A stretch of 64,000 bases of DNA, from assembly GCA_002633005.1 (NCBI GenBank), contig NMRA01000309.1:62001-126000 (forward strand). Direction: 5' to 3'. The notes under the pieces were generated by a model. That model saw only the letters and a list, made by a program, of their open reading frames with translations, made no database searches and was not told the DNA's origin. Of the stretch, positions 36,125 through 48,100 are shown one piece after another (within the stretch, counting starts at the first letter, position 1; each line of letters opens with the position of its first letter). Origin of the DNA: Phoronis australis (lineage: Eukaryota; Animalia; Phoronida). The position numbers and the translations under genes are program-made.

Positions 36125-39100
36125 TCATGGCTTTGCCAGATTCAGCATATCTGGCAGAATGGTCTTGCGATATTTCTCTTCCAGCTGCTGCATAAGTTCT
36201 AGCTGTTCACCCACTTTGAAGTTTTTCAGTGGCTCCTCCTGAGAATTGCAAAGTAACATCTTAAATAATTTTACCAAGTTTTATTAATGCTAAACCCTGT
36301 TATGGTCTATCAAGAGATATTAACAATGACTTTCCGTTCAGCTCTCTAGGATAAAATAACATACAGTAACGTCATTAACCCTAAAATATTGGGCGTACAT
36401 TTTGAAAACTTCCTAGTACAAAGTCTGCTAAATAGTCCAGCGAGACCTATGGTTTAGGCAAGTTACACTGACAACAACTGTTGGCAAAGACTACAAACTG
36501 AAAACTAAAATATCCATCTTCTGATACAGTAAGTACGAGTTTTTAGCTGAACCTTGCTTTTGTCAGTCAAGTGAGACACCACAAGCCCATAACCAGGAGA
36601 AATGACGAGCATTTGTTGAAAACTCCAAAATAGTAACCCTTTTTAGCAAGCACTTAAATAGTCTTATTAAACAACCAACTAATGTGCTAAAACAAACACA
36701 CTTTGTTCCATTTGATCAGCTGCCTTTCTAACATTTGTTTCAGTTTAAAGGAATAATAAAGGCTATTATGGAAGCTAGAAAAAAGTCTAAATTTGGCTCA
36801 AGTCGAAACCTCATATCTAAGAAATTACTTTATGTGAAACTTTCACATACTATACTAAATAATACAGTGTTCTCTAAAACTGTGAATAAATGTTTTTAAA
36901 TGTTCTGCTTTTAACTGAAGGGTGACACAAATGAGATTTCGTGATTTTCATGCAAAAAAATAAATTGCATAAAAAAACAAAAATGTGTTTCAGAAAATTG
37001 TAAAGTCATTTTTGAGATTTCATCTTTAACTTCAACGTAAAATGAAATTGGGTCATCTTATAGATTATGTAGTCTTGCTACCAATGTAACTATCATCTTT
37101 ACTAAACTTTGCTAAAAAGATCTGGTCAATTGATGTCTAAATAGCAAGTCAAAAACAAAATTTCTGCACTTAGAATTTATAGTTTTGTAGATATTTAGCT
37201 AAATGCGCAGCACACTTGTCAACAAAGTCATACATAACCATTGATCACACTTGTCAACAAAGTCACACATAACCATTGATCACGCTTGTCAACAAAGTCA
37301 CACATAACCATTGATCACACTTGTCAACAAAGTCACACATAACCATTGATCACACTTGTCAACAAAGTCATACATAACCATTGATCACACTTGTAACAAA
37401 GTCATACATAACCATTGATCATACTTGTCAACAAAGTCATACATAACCATTGATCACACTTGTCAACAAGGTCATACATAACCATTGATCACACTTGTCA
37501 ACAAGGTCATACATAACCATTGATCCATTCTTGTTTTTTTATTTACCTTAAATTTATTCTACATTTCGTGAAACAATAGTATCCTTGAGAGGATCTGGAT
37601 CGCCTTTTTTAGTTTCAGATTTATTTTCTATGTTAAAGGTGAATCATAATTGCACGAAAAACAAATTAAGTTGGCCTGACATACCACCATACCTTCAAGA
37701 ACACCAGTAAGCTTCCCTTCTGGTTTTGTAGCAAGATGTCTCGGGTGAGAAATTTCAACACAGCCACACACATGTAGACTTGGTAGTCAATGCCCAGTAC
37801 GATACACAACACTATATAGTGACAAATGTCTGGCCAGTCCAGGTAGTTCCAAAAACACTGACGTAGCCAGTGTTGACAGATCTGGAAACGGATCCGATTG
37901 GTATATTTTTAAAACGACTAACATCTGGAAACAGATTTGATTGCCTTATTTTGGAAAGAAAGATCTATTCATTAGGTTGGCTAGAAATAACTGAGATGTG
38001 ACACCACTGATGGATGATTTTGCCTTTTTTGTTTTGTGCTTTGACCAGTAAAAATTGCAATATCATTTGTGGAAAACATCAGAAATGGAGAGTAACATGA
38101 AATAACAAAACATGACCATGTTTGTGTCTTTCCAATGACCACTATAGTTTTCTAACTTGCCATCTCTGAACAAAATTTCAACATGTTGGTGGCTTCTGGA
38201 ATGTCATCAAGTGGTATAAAGACGGTGAGTTGGACTTTACTTACATGACTAATTAAATCGTACCAACAGCAACTAGCCACTCTGCTCTAACAGCCCACTA
38301 CGTTAGGGAACTAAAGGTGTGATGCATTTACCTGTGAGGAGGTGTAGCCTGACATTTTGAATGCAGAGTAAACCAGGGGAACATCAGCTTGCAATATAAG
38401 GTCAACATTATGGCACGTGCTTGAGTAGAGAGGAGAGATCCCACTAGCAGCCAGTCGAGCAGGTAGATGGACCTAGAACACAAACAGAAACATGATTAAG
38501 CACAGTGGAAGTAGGATACATTAGTCAGCCAGAGACGATGGTTACGACACGTGTTTGCGCAAATGGCATTCTACTAGCAGTCAGACAGGTGCGGGGTAGA
38601 TGGAGCAGCAACGTCAACAGAGATACATGAGCGTACTAGAGAAGAGGGCACACAGCCAGGCAGGTAAGTAAGCGAACCAAAGAAATGTGGATGAACATAC
38701 AGTGGATATGGGTATACATCGGCCTAATTAGGGATCAGGAACATGTCATAAAGTAGCAGAAAAAGAGATGACACTTGCAACCAAGAACATTCTAGGAAGT
38801 TTGATCTAAAGAGGAAGGGAGACCTGTGAACATGCAGTAAATTATCGGCAAATTGGCCTGAAGTGTTTTAGGGCTAAGCAATCAGGCAAGGATGTAGATG
38901 GGCCTAGAACACAGAGAGTGAGGGAAAGAAAGAGAGATGGAAGAGGGGGGAGCCAGGGAGGGAAGGAGAGACACACATTTCACCCGAAAACTGTAATACC
39001 GGTATGTAATATGGAGTATTAGCAGTCAGACTGCTCTGTCTTTCAGGTCGAAGTGACTGCATGCAAATGGTTTGTTTGAGATGAAAACCTGGTTTGGTGT

Positions 39101-42100
39101 ATTTTTGCTTGTTTTTTAAATATCTAACTACTTCATTAGTCACATAAGATGGAAAAATTGACTTTGGAATAAGTTGGATTAGATTCTGGTTTCTCTTGAT
39201 ATGTTGTACTTACCATGTTGTACAAACTGATTGTGACTTGCAGTGACTGAAGTTTGGATACAACAGTTCTTAGCAGATTTCTATATTATTTGTTGGGTGT
39301 TATATTTAAATTTTTCGCATTTTAATAAACAGCTAAGATGTGTCAGTTGTGCTTCAACCTAATGCAAACTGCATTTTATGATTAAACCTCTGTCACACTA
39401 CTGCTCCATTTTTGTGACTAATCATGTATAGTCATGACTGATTTTTCCCTTCCTCTAGTCATGAATTATCCTCTAGTCACTTCATTTCCATAATTGGGAT
39501 ATACTAAAGCTCGAGTTACTGACTAATAAAGCCTACAGCTCTAGTCATTAGAGCATTGGTCAGAACCATGCAAATGAAGTGGCTAAATGATGACTTACTC
39601 ATTCAAACGTATCACGGAAAATCCCTAGTCACATTTTAGTCATGACAAAAATGGTTCTTATTATGCAAATTACATGACTAATACTTCACTAAAATATGAC
39701 TAACTATAGTGTAATGCAAACTCTTGGCCTGCAATCCTAGCCGATGCAAATTCAAGAATCACCCAAAACTGAAGACAGCAAAATTAACCGTGTCCAAATT
39801 TCTGGAATTAATGTGGAAAAGATCACATTGAACAGCCGCAGATCTGTGATCGCTATTCATTGTTTTTACAAAGTAACGTAAAAAACTAAAATTGTCACTA
39901 GGGGCACAGTGGTATTCAGGTCAGTCCAAAGCTCGTCGTCACCTGTCGTTGGCCACATACCAAATTTCAATTACATCCTGCAAGGGGTTTAGGAGATATA
40001 GCCGTGGACGCCGAACGGCCGGAGAGAGATGACGCACCCACATATTTATGTGTGGGTGCATGATAAAGGAATCCCATGTTGCTGTTTTTAACTGGACCAC
40101 AGAAGGCGCACCTGGTGGTGAAACAAGTACATGAGATATGGACAAAACAGCGTACACTGCCATCAGAATAGATAAGTTGCTTTCCTTTTCATCTCGTCTT
40201 ATTAAGGTAAATAATGTGTTGAATCAGAACAAAGTCCCTTTCGTTTAACTGAAAAATACGCCTATTTCCTTTACTATCCACTCAACACGAGACCAATGAA
40301 TTAACATCTGTTTGACTTTGGCTTGAATTAAAAAATCAATTGTTGAAATTTATTTCGTAAATAATAAGATATAATATGAGACTTGAGATGAATTAACAGC
40401 AAATTTCAAATCTGCCAATAGGAAGTAACGAAAAGGTCAGTCCCATTACCAAAACAATCAAAAAGTTAGAGTTAAATGACGTGTTCAAATATTAGCTGCA
40501 TATATATTGATTTAGCAGAGTGAACTTTTGGTGATTACAAATAAAGCACCATCAAACAGCATAATTAAATGGACATGACCAGGGCAGCAATCGATGATCG
40601 AAAGCTCAAGGATCACTTTTATTAGATTTTTTTGCGACAACACTTCAGCACTTGGACTTTCTCAGTAAACGAAAAAAACTCAGACAAGTAAGATTCAGGT
40701 AGTTTTTTGGATACTGTCATTTCTTGGCAGTTTGTTTGTATGCATATGGCTTATACTTGGAACAAGTTTGAACTATGCATTACAACATTCTAGTCTGATG
40801 TCGAAAGTAAGATTTGACGGCAGCAAATCCTTTACTGCTGTGACGTCTTGCAACATTAACCCAAACAGTTACAGCAAGCTAGTTCAACACCAATACAGTT
40901 TCTTAGAAAATCTAAGCCTGTTTGACAATGATTGCGAAAAGGTATTTGGAAAAAATGAAGACTGGACATCAACTTTATTTGCGTACAACCAGACAGTAGC
41001 AAATATCTTTGGTCATCCCAAGAGAGATTTTATAGTGTATTGTACGTATAATTATGTATCAGGTTGTGAAATCTGGTTCAGATGCACGGTTGATCCCCAA
41101 CTCTACAACTGCAACACATATGAGCCACCATTTAACCTTTGAACGTATGCTAGAAAAGGCCTTGGTTTGACATTAACACTATTTTTTGAGGACTGGATTC
41201 TTAGTACCTTGTCTTTGACCCCAGTTGCTCAACAAACAATTGAGCAGAAGGGTGCAGGTGTACACATATTTCTTCACAAACAGGGACATAATCCCCAGTT
41301 ACGAGTTCCGGAATCTGGAGAGACAGCCACAGTTGGACATACAACTGACTTAATAGTTGACTTTGTGGACACAAAGAAGCTAAGTAAAAATGTAGCAGTG
41401 ACAAAACCATAGTCAGCAGTAACTTGTCTTACATTTACAGCAGGGAGACAAGTATACTTATTAGTTAACAGATTAAAGTTGCTCAGGCATTCAACTGCGT
41501 GAGTTCATTTTATATAGTTGATGAACACAATACCTTGCGAAAACCATTTTGTGTCGGACATCCTTGTAATGCAAGCAAAAACATGTGATGTATTAAAGGT
41601 GTGGTTCAAAATTACAGGGACGAAAAGGATGGTTCCCACTGTTTGCCACTATGCACAAAAAGGAGTTACAAAGTGAAAACGATTGAAACTGCCTGGCCAT
41701 CAAATATTGGAAGGCTAAACCTGTTAAGACCAAACCAAATAATACTGTTTACAACGAACAACTAATTGAAAGTGGGCAAAGACCAGAAGCAGGGATTCTT
41801 TAAAGAAAATATGTTGAAAATCAACATTTATTTTGATAGCTTTGAAATTACAGAGGAAGTAGAAGTTCTGGATATGGACGGGTGTGTACCGCTTTCAAAT
41901 ATAGGTGGCGCCTTGGGCTTTTGTGTTGGAATATAAGTTCTCACATTGCTGGAGGTCCTTGACCTGGTGCTGAATTTAGTGTGATGTCATTGGAGAAAGT
42001 TAAAAAAATAAAGTACATTCAAGTAAACATTATCTAAGATGATTTCAACAGTTTGTTTTCAAATTTTGAAGAATTAAGGGAACTTCAATCGCTTCTGAAT

Positions 42101-45100
42101 TCTCCACCAGGGGATCTGAAAAACAGACATGTCAAGTTCCCACTGCTTGCTTTGCCTGGCCTGAGTGGGAAGCTCCAACATGTGAGAATCAAGGCATTTG
42201 AGCTTAAGTATAAGTGGCAGAACAAGTCAAGATCAATAATGTGAGAAAAGCTTGGCTGATTGATGTGCACTCAAAATTAAAGACGTAGTGGAATGGGAAC
42301 CAATGTTACTCAAAGCAAAAAAGCCACAGTGTTTAGTTATGGCTAAAGGGAATACCACCAACAGATCTGAGATGAAGATAAAAAGATAGATTATCCTGTC
42401 GCGGTGGAAAGGACCATCCATTGCTTAGAGAAGCAGGTCAACTAAGCCTAACTGAGAGCGACCAGGTCCAAAGACTATTGACAAAACTGATCTCCCCGGG
42501 ATGTTCAAGTGCTGGATTTTCTAAGTAGTCTCGCACTTCGAAGATCATCAGAGGCCATGTAAGTCTTGAGCTGCCTTGTTTTAGAAGTGGAGGCTTTACT
42601 GCAGAAGTGCAAAGGGACAATTACTCTCATTTAAATTTCTGGAAAGGGGATTCAAGGTAGGGAAGGTGAGGTTGTATTTAATCGGTGTCAACAGAAAGGA
42701 AGACAGAGCAAGAGAGAATGAGAATATGTTAAAGCTAATACAACAGTGTGAAATATAGAACATGACAGCATAAGTCATATAACAGAGATAGCAACTGATC
42801 ATGCCACGTATGTGAAATACATGTCACAAGATTACAGAACCACTTAAGGGTGCACAGGAAAGTCAGATAACAGTGGAAACATAACACACCACAGATTTTT
42901 TAACATATGACAAAAAAGGTACATTTTGGGCTTGAAGAGAGTAAAAGTCTGCATACTGGCTTAGAACTTTGTGGATCATCACAAATCATGGTGTGAATGT
43001 GAATTTGAAATGCAAGGTCAGTGCAAGCAGTTATTTGTGAACCCTACTCGTATAGCATACAAATGAGCCCTGAATGAGTTTGTATGTTTGGAGAGAGTGA
43101 TGAACAACCTCATTCACAATGTACAAACTATAGCAGTATTTTTTTTGTCTTCAAGATTTAAATTTCTAATTTCATACTTAGTTTGATATATCTTACTGCA
43201 TTTTGTTTACAGTATTGCCACTGGAGAAGTAGCATACATTGCCAATAAAGATCCTAATTCAAAACATGAATAAAATCAATCCAGTACTGACTGAGGTCAC
43301 CACAACTGCGCAGACCATTTGAAGTTCAAAACCCATGACATGGGTGATAAGCAGAGCATGCCATACTAAAAAGTTTTAAAAAATAAGGCAATTAACATTT
43401 ACTAAAAAAGTGATAAGAGTTTATTGTCCAGGGAGTTATAATTATGTCAGTTACCAAAGATGCTATAGACAAGTCTGGATAATCAAACATCTGCATTTGA
43501 AATTGAAAACTCAACAGTTCACAAAAACTTCACGGTGGTCTTTAATTGACGGCAAATATCAGCATCTTCAAGGGTTCACTTCAGTTATACATAGTATAAC
43601 ACAAGGGTTCACTTCAGTTACACAGTAAATACCTGGAAACTCCAGTTACATAGTACCAGACAACAGGCACTTCAGTTATATAGTACCACATTGTCTGTAT
43701 TTTGAATACTGACTTAGTTGTTTATTGAAGGCTTCAGATTGTGATGTCACACTCAATTATTCTAAGGTTTTAAAACTTAGTAAATATATTGTGAGCATAA
43801 TTTGTTCACACTTCAATAAAAACTGTTTGGTGACACTCATTTCACAGTGAAAGTGGCTCAAGTCATAAAAAATGCTCCTGAATTCAAGCAATTATAACCT
43901 TATGATTTGGGAAGTTGTGTATCTGAAATTAGGCAGTTCAGACTAGTACAACAGTTAATAGCAAGTACAACTTCAACAAAGGCAGTGACACACTCTCGAC
44001 TCATCCTCTGACATGATTTGTCAGACAACCAGCTCAGCTATACGCTTTATTAAAGATTCCAAAAAGTGTATTTGTCCACCATATTTGCACGCAAAGGTCA
44101 CAACACTGTGAGTGAGTGCACAGAATAAATATAGATTATTACATGGCGAAGTCGTTATCCCCTGTTATCTAGAGCCCGAGTGGATTTTGGTGAATTATCG
44201 CCCGAGGGGCGTTAGCGATAATTCACCAAAATCCACTCGGGCTCTAGATAAGGGGGATAACGGCTGAGAACATGTAATAATCTATTTATACCACATACTA
44301 AACGAGAAACATTGCAATGAATCGATTTACCTTTTCTGACTCTCCACGGCTTTGTAACTACTTTCTATGTCAGAGGCCCGGGGTCGGAGGTCGTGACCTT
44401 TTAAGGACAGCCCAGCTATTTTTGTCAAATAATGCTTTTACACACCACCAATTGAAAACTTAAATATTATAGAAATAAATTGAATTTATAAATTAAGGTT
44501 TACCAACTATTATAGCTTAAAACACGTTTTTTTCACGCTAAGCTTCGACCGGGAAATTATCGTCTGCTAAAGTAGGTTACCACTGGTAACTGAATATAAT
44601 TCTCAAGTCAAAGATCTTGACGACACGATATCCGCATTCAAAGTAGAGATCGGTGATTTACAAGTAAGAGGACATGAGAGAAAAATTTCACCAAATTAAG
44701 ATATCATTTTTATGGAAATTATGTGTCTTATTTTTCGTCGCGTATAAGTACAGTACAATGTGGTTTGTTGAACGTGCGATTATTGCACGTGCTCATTTAA
44801 GTATTCTATTTTCACTCTTGATGACGTCAGTCGCTGCGTGGTGTAGTGGTAAAGTCGGCGACCAGCAACATTAGTGGCCCGGGTTCGACCCCGTCCTCGG
44901 TTTCCCGCCAAATCGTTATCTCACTAGTGAGATAACTTTATAGGTTATTACATGGTTGTATCTGCCACTTGACGCTAATATTGTGGTATAATGCATTTGA
45001 TCCTTGTCCAAGTGTTATGCACACAGAGACAGACTTACCAAGTACAGAAAAAGCCCAGAAATGTACCTTTAAAAGGTTACATCACTCTTTCATTGATGTT

Positions 45101-48100
45101 GCAGTCGTACTGTTAGCACATGAAAATTACTCACTGAAGAATGTAACCTTTGACCCCAGAGATAACCCGATGACCCCAAAGCGGAGAAGTTATACAGGAA
45201 CTTCCATGACCTCTCGAGATGACCCTGCATTAGCAAGAACACTGATGATGCAAACCAGTCATATCCCACATAGCCCGACTGCAGTGACCTCAGGTTTGTA
45301 TCAACCCTTTTCTGTTGTTGACTGAGATAGTGACCACACTGACGCAACAGGTGGCGCAAGTTGTCTGGCATCTCCGGCTGCTGAGTGATTGCTTTAAGAT
45401 GGCAGCCATATCTGGAAAAGATTGAAGACACAAGTTACCCACATGTCATCAATTTTATGTTAAGTTAAATAAATATACGTAAATAAAACAACAAAAAATG
45501 ATCACTGAAATTTTCGGATATAATAACATCCTTCGTCAACAGAAACGGAAATAAAGTAAAATCAAACACTGTGACAATTGACATCTGATATATGGCATAA
45601 TGAGCATGATACATTAGTTAAATTATCCTTTACTTTTTTCTGCAACAATGTATCATGCTCATTACACCATATATCAGATGTCAATTGTCACATTATAAAT
45701 GTTGATGAAGGATGTTATGATACCCGAAAATTTCAGTGATCCATTTTTGTCTTGTTTTGTTTACGTATATTTATTCTACTTTTCAACACACAAGTGTATC
45801 GAGAGGATCAGGATCGCCTTTTTTAGTTTCGGATTTATTTTCTACATTATGTAAAGTTCGCATTTTCTAAATCTGTATTTGGTGTGCTTGAACAGATAAC
45901 AGCAATTAGAGAAAGTAGCAGATGAAATATTTCTTCTTCTGGAACTTAAAAGATTGTCACCTTCGTCTTCCTTTAGACGTACATATTGTAAGGAGAACCA
46001 ATTATTGGACAGCCCAGTGGCACATCTACAGGGGGGGTTTCAGGGGGTTTGAACCCCCCCTCGGGCCAGGACCCAAAAATTAAAAAAAAAAACAAAAGCG
46101 TCTCCAGCAAAACAAAAACGGCACCGCCAGCGTGTGTAAACCCCAAGTAAACCAACTTGGAAAAAATTGAGGGGGGGGGTTCACTCTGAAAATATAGTTT
46201 TTTGCATTGTGAATTGCTGAGTCTTTGTGGCTCATCGGCAAAACGCGCGGGGATTTATTGTGCGCGCGCTTCCGTCGACACTTCTGAAGTAGCCAAGCAT
46301 TTTAGATGGATTCACCGCTGAAAGAGCAGTTCTATAGCTGATTTCTTTAGGTAACTAGCTTCTTTACTCTAAGATATATTTTGATTTGATTAGGGGAAAT
46401 ACTGCGGTGCCGCAACCCTGATATTCAGGCGAATTGACGTGCAACGTTTTTACCTCATCTGTCATGCCGTGTCATTCTATTACACTCCACACGTTTGTAA
46501 CTGATGTATAGTAAAGTTGTCTTGCGCAATATCATACAGTGTACATGTACATGTAATATTGTGTACATGTACATGTAATATTTTTGAAAAAAATTCTTTT
46601 TCCGAAGAATTGCTATTGTGGCGGGCGCCGTGGTCTGGTCGCGAGTCCGTTTGAAGACACACTCTATAACAAGTTATGTCTATACAAGGAATGACCAAGG
46701 GGGCACTCACATTGAGAAAGTGACCGCATTCGCGAAAAGTGTACAGTACCAGAAATTGCGGGGAGGCTGTTCTTTCACAACAAAGTCTTGCGGGACTCGT
46801 GCGATGTTCAATAGGCCTCCTAAGGAGCCCTAGTTCCGACCTCAACACCTACCGTCTGTCTACCTGCAATAAGCACACTGCCGTCTTCTATACTGGGAAT
46901 TTCCGCAGAAAGGCTCACCCGATGAAACGCTCATGCCCATGGGCATTTATTTGATATTAGTACTTCGGGTTTCAAGCGTTCAGACATTGGGACGTTTATT
47001 TCGAAAATTGCAAGAGATGCAAATAGGTCCTGGGATGCTTCGTCAAGGTTTGAAGTAGTCCATGATGAACGGATCAAATTTAGTTGCGCATGTAAGTCTT
47101 TTGAATGGACTTGGCAACCTCAAGGGTCTTAGTGTCAACTGAGCTGCGAAACGAGATGCTGACATTGTAGAGGCTTACAAGCTCATTGACACAGCAGTTG
47201 ACGAAGTGCAAGCGTTGGGAACAAACATCGAAGATATCTGGGTAGAATGGTTCCAAGACGAGCAAATCATTGGATCCGATATACAAATTCCTCGGCAGTC
47301 TAGACAACAGAAGGATAGGACTAACGTATGAGTAACCACTGGGGATTAAAATTTTAGAGAGAAGTTTTCAATTCAAAATTTTTTGCATAGTACACTTTAG
47401 GTCTCGCGACGGACCAGGCCAGCTTGATTTGTGTAGATGTTGAGTTTCAGTGTACTTCTGGTCCCTCGGCGAACTAGTCTTGTGATTTTTTTACCAAAGT
47501 GTGCTTTGTAAAACTATTTATCTCAGCCAGTACTGTTTGGTCCCGCGACAGATCGACTATTTTTAAAGGGATAATAAGCACAGGTGCACTCTTGGTCTCG
47601 TGACGGACCAGGTCAGCTTTTTGTGTACTCTCAGTGTACATCTGGTCCCTCTGCAAACTAGTCCAGTGTATCTTTTCACCACTGTGCACAGGATGTTTTG
47701 GTTTCGTGAAACTGTTTTCAGATGATTTGTTTCCTGATAGATTTGACGTTTTTCAATTGTTGTCAACGTGATTCAGCTTAATAAAGTGACACCTAATTAT
47801 TTATTGTCGCTTTTAATAATAGACTATGTTTTTACGACCCGTAGGTGCTCCTTAATTATGCTCTTGAATATGTCATGGAGCTCTTGAATATTAGAAAACT
47901 GTCTAAACCCCTGTATACACACAACACTTTTTCGTATACGACTTTTCGTATGCTAAAAAAGGTGTGTGTAAGCAGATGTTCCAACAAAAATTTTTGCTGG
48001 TGGCGTGACTCATACCCAGATGTGCACAATATGATTTCACGAAACTTATGTGCCAAGTTCACGTGACGAAATCGAGAAGGGATTTTAATTATCTTAAGAA

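Noticed and set aside
37211-37524. 35-bp repeats of CRISPR-like length
   Set aside because: The units are contiguous with no unique spacers, there are no cas genes, and they lie in a eukaryotic intron: a minisatellite.
44830-44900. Possible tRNA gene
   Set aside because: A and B boxes are present, but I could not build a convincing acceptor stem or cloverleaf, and it lies inside a repeat.
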